From: Deltaproteobacteria bacterium
Lineage (GTDB): Bacteria > Desulfobacterota_D > UBA1144 > Nemesobacterales > CSP1-2
DNA: 64,000 nt
Direction: 5' to 3'
Assembly: GCA_052390235.1 (NCBI GenBank)
Contig: JBQTHB010000005.1
Location: 96,001 to 160,000 of the forward strand
The translations under genes were made by a program, and so were the position numbers. Of the stretch, positions 59,399 to 64,000 are shown in pieces (position 1 is the first letter of the stretch; each line of letters starts with the position of its first letter). Below the pieces are notes generated by a model that worked only from the letters and a program-made list of their open reading frames with translations, did no database searches and had not been told where the DNA came from.

Positions 59399-60639
59399 TC
59401 GAAGGCGGAATAAGGCTTGCGGGCGAGGTTACGGTGAGCGGGTCGAAGAACGCCGTGTTGCCCCTTATGGCGGCGTGCATCCTGACGCAGGGGAAGAATA
59501 CGTTTACGAATGTCCCCGACCTTGCCGATGTGCGCACGATGGCGAAATTGCTTAAAATTTTGGGCGCGGAAGTGGAATTTGAAAACGGGGTCATGACGAT
59601 TGACGCAGGGAAGCTGAACACGTGGATCGCCCCGTACGACTTGGTCAAAACAATGAGGGCGTCAGTCCTAGTGCTGGGCCCACTCACGGCGCGGTTTGGG
59701 AGAGCTAGGGTGTCCCTGCCCGGCGGATGCGCTATCGGAGAGCGTCCCATTGACCAGCACCTCAAGGGATTATCCCTCCTAGGCGCGGCAATCGAGCTTG
59801 AAGAGGGATATGTCGAGACCTCCGCCCCGAAATTAAAAGGGAAAATCATCCCGTTTGACGTATCCACCGTAACGGGGACAGAGAACATCATCCTCGCCTC
59901 GGTTCTTGCCGAAGGAGAGACAGTTCTGCTCAACGCCGCCTGCGAGCCGGAGGTTACCGAGCTTGTGAACGCGCTAAACAAGATGGGCGCGAAAATTGAG
60001 GGCGCAGGCACGGACATCCTCACCATAGAGGGCGTCGCGCGGTTATCGCCGATTGAAACTCACAGCGTCGTGCCGGATAGAATCGAGACCGGGACTTTTA
60101 TGATAGCCTCAGCCGTTACAGGGGGCGACATCCTAATAAAAAACTGCAAATTTGAAAACGTCGGCGCAGTCGTGGGAAAACTCATGGAAACGGGGGCAGA
60201 GATAACCCGCGAGAGCGGCGGCATGAGGGTCAAGGGGAGCGAGCGGATAAAGAGCGTTGATGTCTCCACCCTGCCCTATCCCGGATTCCCGACGGATATG
60301 CAGGCTCAGTTTATGACACTCATGTCAATTGCCGGGGGGCTTAGCGTCATCACCGAGACGATTTTTCAGCAGAGATTCATGCACTCAGGGGAACTCAGGC
60401 GCATCGGGGCGGATATAAAACTCGTCGGCACAAGCGCCGTCGTCAGGGGGGTGCCTTACCTAAGCGGGGCGCCGATAATGGCAAGCGACCTTCGGGCAAG
60501 CGCGTCGCTCGTGCTGGCGGGGGTAGCCGCGCGGGGCAGAACAGACATCTCGCGCGTGTATCACCTTGACCGCGGCTACGATAGGCTCGATAAGAAACTC
60601 GAAGCCCTGGGCGCAAAAATCTGGAGGGAACAGGAGTGA
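59383..60639 (+). CDS. murA: UDP-N-acetylglucosamine 1-carboxyvinyltransferase
   Basis: SGSKNA, MRAS, PGGCAIGERP, PGFPTDMQ, DLRA. Confidence 0.97.
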   Translation: MEKIVVEGGIRLAGEVTVSGSKNAVLPLMAACILTQGKNTFTNVPDLADVRTMAKLLKILGAEVEFENGVMTIDAGKLNTWIAPYDLVKTMRASVLVLGPLTARFGRARVSLPGGCAIGERPIDQHLKGLSLLGAAIELEEGYVETSAPKLKGKIIPFDVSTVTGTENIILASVLAEGETVLLNAACEPEVTELVNALNKMGAKIEGAGTDILTIEGVARLSPIETHSVVPDRIETGTFMIASAVTGGDILIKNCKFENVGAVVGKLMETGAEITRESGGMRVKGSERIKSVDVSTLPYPGFPTDMQAQFMTLMSIAGGLSVITETIFQQRFMHSGELRRIGADIKLVGTSAVVRGVPYLSGAPIMASDLRASASLVLAGVAARGRTDISRVYHLDRGYDRLDKKLEALGAKIWREQE

Positions 60640-61292
60640 TTACGATAGCAATTTCGCGGGGCAGACTGCTGACCGAGGCAAACGCCCTGTTCAAGAAAGC
60701 CGGTTTTAACCTCGCCAACCTCTCAAGCGATTCGAGAAAGCTCATTTTCGAGTATCCCAAGTACGGAATCAAAGCGCTCATCATCCGCCCTACGGACGTT
60801 CCGGCTTACGTCGAACACGGCGCGGCGGACTGCGGCATTGTCGGCAGGGACACGCTCATGGAGGAGTCTTACGATTTATACGAGCCGCTTGACCTTAGAA
60901 TCGGCAGGTGCAAGCTCATCGTCGCCGCAAAGGAGGGGTTCGATTTCGCATCGTCTCGAATCCTGAGAGTAGCGACGAAATATCCGAAAATCGCCTACGA
61001 GCATTTCGCCCGAAAGGGAGTGAGCGCGGAGGTCGTAAAACTCTACGGCTCCATAGAGCTTGCCCCGATAGTGGGACTCTCGGACGTTATCGTGGATTTG
61101 ACTGCGACGGGCGAGACGCTGAGAAAAAATAAACTCGTCATCATAGAGAACATCGCCGACGTTACCGCGAGACTCGTCGTGAATCGGGTGAGCATGAAGG
61201 TGAAATCCAAAGAGATAAAAGAATTTATCAGGCGCATAAGAGAGGTTCGAGAGAGCGCCGAGCCGCAATCCCCTTTGGATGGAAATGTATGA
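60636..61292 (+). CDS. hisG: ATP phosphoribosyltransferase, short form
   Basis: RPTDVPAYVEHG, ATKYP, GSIELAP, IVDLTATGETL. Confidence 0.95.
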   Translation: MITIAISRGRLLTEANALFKKAGFNLANLSSDSRKLIFEYPKYGIKALIIRPTDVPAYVEHGAADCGIVGRDTLMEESYDLYEPLDLRIGRCKLIVAAKEGFDFASSRILRVATKYPKIAYEHFARKGVSAEVVKLYGSIELAPIVGLSDVIVDLTATGETLRKNKLVIIENIADVTARLVVNRVSMKVKSKEIKEFIRRIREVRESAEPQSPLDGNV

Positions 61293-61371
61293 GTCGGCAC
61301 AATCATCCCGGAGTGTTTCAACGGGAATCCACGCCGCCTAAAGTGGGATAGGGGGAGAATCGAGGGGAGAG

Positions 61372-61983
61372 ATGTTCATCACGTTTGAAGGCACAGAGGG
61401 GAGCGGGAAAACCACACAGGCTCACTTGCTCAAGGAATTTCTTGAGTCGAGGGGATTTGCGGCTTCCTACACGCGGGAGCCGGGATGGGGAGCTTTGGGA
61501 AAGCTCATACGCGCCGTAATCCTAGACGAGAGGGATTTGGCCCTCGACCCGACGGCGGAGTTGTGCCTGTTCTGCGCCGACCGCGCTCAGCACGTCAAGG
61601 ATTTCATCAAGCCTAGGCTCAAGGCAGGAGAGGTCGTCATCTGCGATAGATACGCCGATTCTACCCTCGTGTATCAGGGAGTCGCCCGCAAACTCGATTC
61701 GGATTTGGTAAAGAGGCTCGCCAAGGCCTCAACCCTCGGAGTCGTTCCCGATTTGACGATACTCCTAGACCTAGAGGTGCGCTACGGGCTTCAGAGGCTC
61801 GGCGCAAGGGGGGAGAGAACAAAAATGGACGAAGAGCCAGTCGAATTTCACGAGCAAATCCGAGACGGCTACCTGAGCATAGCCCGCAGAGAACCGACGA
61901 GAATAATCAAATTAGACGCATCAAAGAGCATCGAGGAAATCCAAGAAGAGATACGCAAGCTCGTCATCAAGCGCATGGCTTAG
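61372..61983 (+). CDS. tmk: Thymidylate kinase
   Basis: FEGTEGSGKTT, TREP, DRY.DS..YQG. Confidence 0.95.
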   Translation: MFITFEGTEGSGKTTQAHLLKEFLESRGFAASYTREPGWGALGKLIRAVILDERDLALDPTAELCLFCADRAQHVKDFIKPRLKAGEVVICDRYADSTLVYQGVARKLDSDLVKRLAKASTLGVVPDLTILLDLEVRYGLQRLGARGERTKMDEEPVEFHEQIRDGYLSIARREPTRIIKLDASKSIEEIQEEIRKLVIKRMA

Positions 61984-62039
61984 GGCGGTTCCCTCTCTTT
62001 GGCGCGTGGTTTACCAGTCTGACCACCGGCGGACTATGA

Positions 62040-63038
62040 ATGTTCTTCTCACAGCTTATAGGAAACGAATCTCAGAAAATCTCGCTACTGCGCGCCGTCC
62101 GCGAGGGTAGAGTCTCGCACGCCTACCTCTTTTACGGATTAGATGGCGTGGGCAAAAAGCTGTTCGCGTTTGAATTCGCCAAAGCCCTCAACTGCCTGCG
62201 CCCTCTCGAACAAGCCAGTGAGCCGTGCCTGTGCCAATCATGCAGGAAAATTGAGAAATCAATTCACCCGGACGTTTTTTTAGTCAAGTCGCAGGGGTCG
62301 AGAGATATAAAAATTGACCAAATCAGGCAGGAAGTCGAAGAGCGCGTCGCCCTGAGACCGTTCGAGGGCAGATTCAAAGTCGCAATAGTTGACCAAGCCG
62401 AGCGTATGAACCCAAACGCCCAGAACGCATTCCTCAAAACCCTCGAAGAGCCTCCGCCGGATTCGGTGATAATTCTCGTCTCCTCGAAGCCGGAGTCGCT
62501 CCTTGCAACCATCCGCTCGCGGTGTCAGCCGGTTGAGTTCGGGGCGCTCGCCGAGAGGGACATCGTTCGGGAGGTCGCCAAGCGGGGCGCGCTCGGAGAG
62601 GAGGAGATAAAAATAGCGGCGAAGCTCTCAGGCGGCAGCTTGGCAAAAGCCCTCGCCCTTGATGCCGGCGCTCTGTCGTCAAGACGGGAGATAATATTAA
62701 AGCTCTCAGGGATAAACCCGAACCGCGCATCAGATGTGATAGGACTGGCGGAGTTTCTACTCAAGCAAGGCGAAGAGGACGCAGACTCGCTCGAATTCAT
62801 ATTCGAGGTCGTAGCAATGTGGCTTCGAGACCTCCTTCTGCTCAAGATAGGATTCGGCACGGAGGATTTATCTAACGAGGATTTAGCGGGGGTCTGCCAG
62901 AGAGTAGCCGAGAAGTGGACTCGCCGGAATATCTTGGATAAGATAGAAGCTCTCGAAGCCGTGAGATACGCCGTGTTCCGAGCTAACGCGAATAAGCAAA
63001 TCGCCCTGCAGAACCTGCTCCTGAAAATAGCGGGCTGA
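62040..63038 (+). CDS. holB: DNA polymerase III delta-prime subunit
   Basis: HAYLFYG, C..C..C Zn motif, HPD, NAFLKTLEEPP, TIRSRC. Confidence 0.93.
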   Translation: MFFSQLIGNESQKISLLRAVREGRVSHAYLFYGLDGVGKKLFAFEFAKALNCLRPLEQASEPCLCQSCRKIEKSIHPDVFLVKSQGSRDIKIDQIRQEVEERVALRPFEGRFKVAIVDQAERMNPNAQNAFLKTLEEPPPDSVIILVSSKPESLLATIRSRCQPVEFGALAERDIVREVAKRGALGEEEIKIAAKLSGGSLAKALALDAGALSSRREIILKLSGINPNRASDVIGLAEFLLKQGEEDADSLEFIFEVVAMWLRDLLLLKIGFGTEDLSNEDLAGVCQRVAEKWTRRNILDKIEALEAVRYAVFRANANKQIALQNLLLKIAG

Positions 63039-63099
63039 TGTCAGGCAGGCGCAGACGGAGCAATAGCTGGCGGCGAGGCGGCTGCCCGCGATATTATAG

Positions 63100-64000
<901 letters not shown>

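Overview
Bacterial chromosomal window, GC-rich backbone with deltaproteobacterium-like housekeeping genes (dapF, rluB-like, nnr-tsaE-lysC-cimA, malQ/GH57/glgB, rlmD, comM, glnD, pduO-type ATR, prmC-murA-hisG-tmk-holB-metG). Two accessory regions stand out. (1) 9.7-17.0 kb is a decaying integron: a truncated intI N-terminus facing away from about 8 gene cassettes, three bounded by homologous ~112-bp attC sites (two with an atypical GTTCGAT core). Cargo: KtrB/TrkH, an unknown two-gene TA-like pair, a stand-alone 720-aa dynamin-like GTPase (candidate anti-phage defence), hicBA and exported proteins. (2) 32.3-41.0 kb is an apparent carrier-protein-free lipid/small-molecule tailoring cluster: OleA/FabH-like condensing enzyme, sulfotransferase, P450, LuxE-like acyl ligase coupled to a transglutaminase-like protein, sterol-type glycosyltransferase and an extended SDR. 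Also present: a broken MNT-HEPN module flanked by a 21-bp direct repeat, and a dispersed heptamer-palindrome repeat in three copies. No tRNA, rRNA or CRISPR array was recognised. All calls are by eye from motifs; no searches were run.
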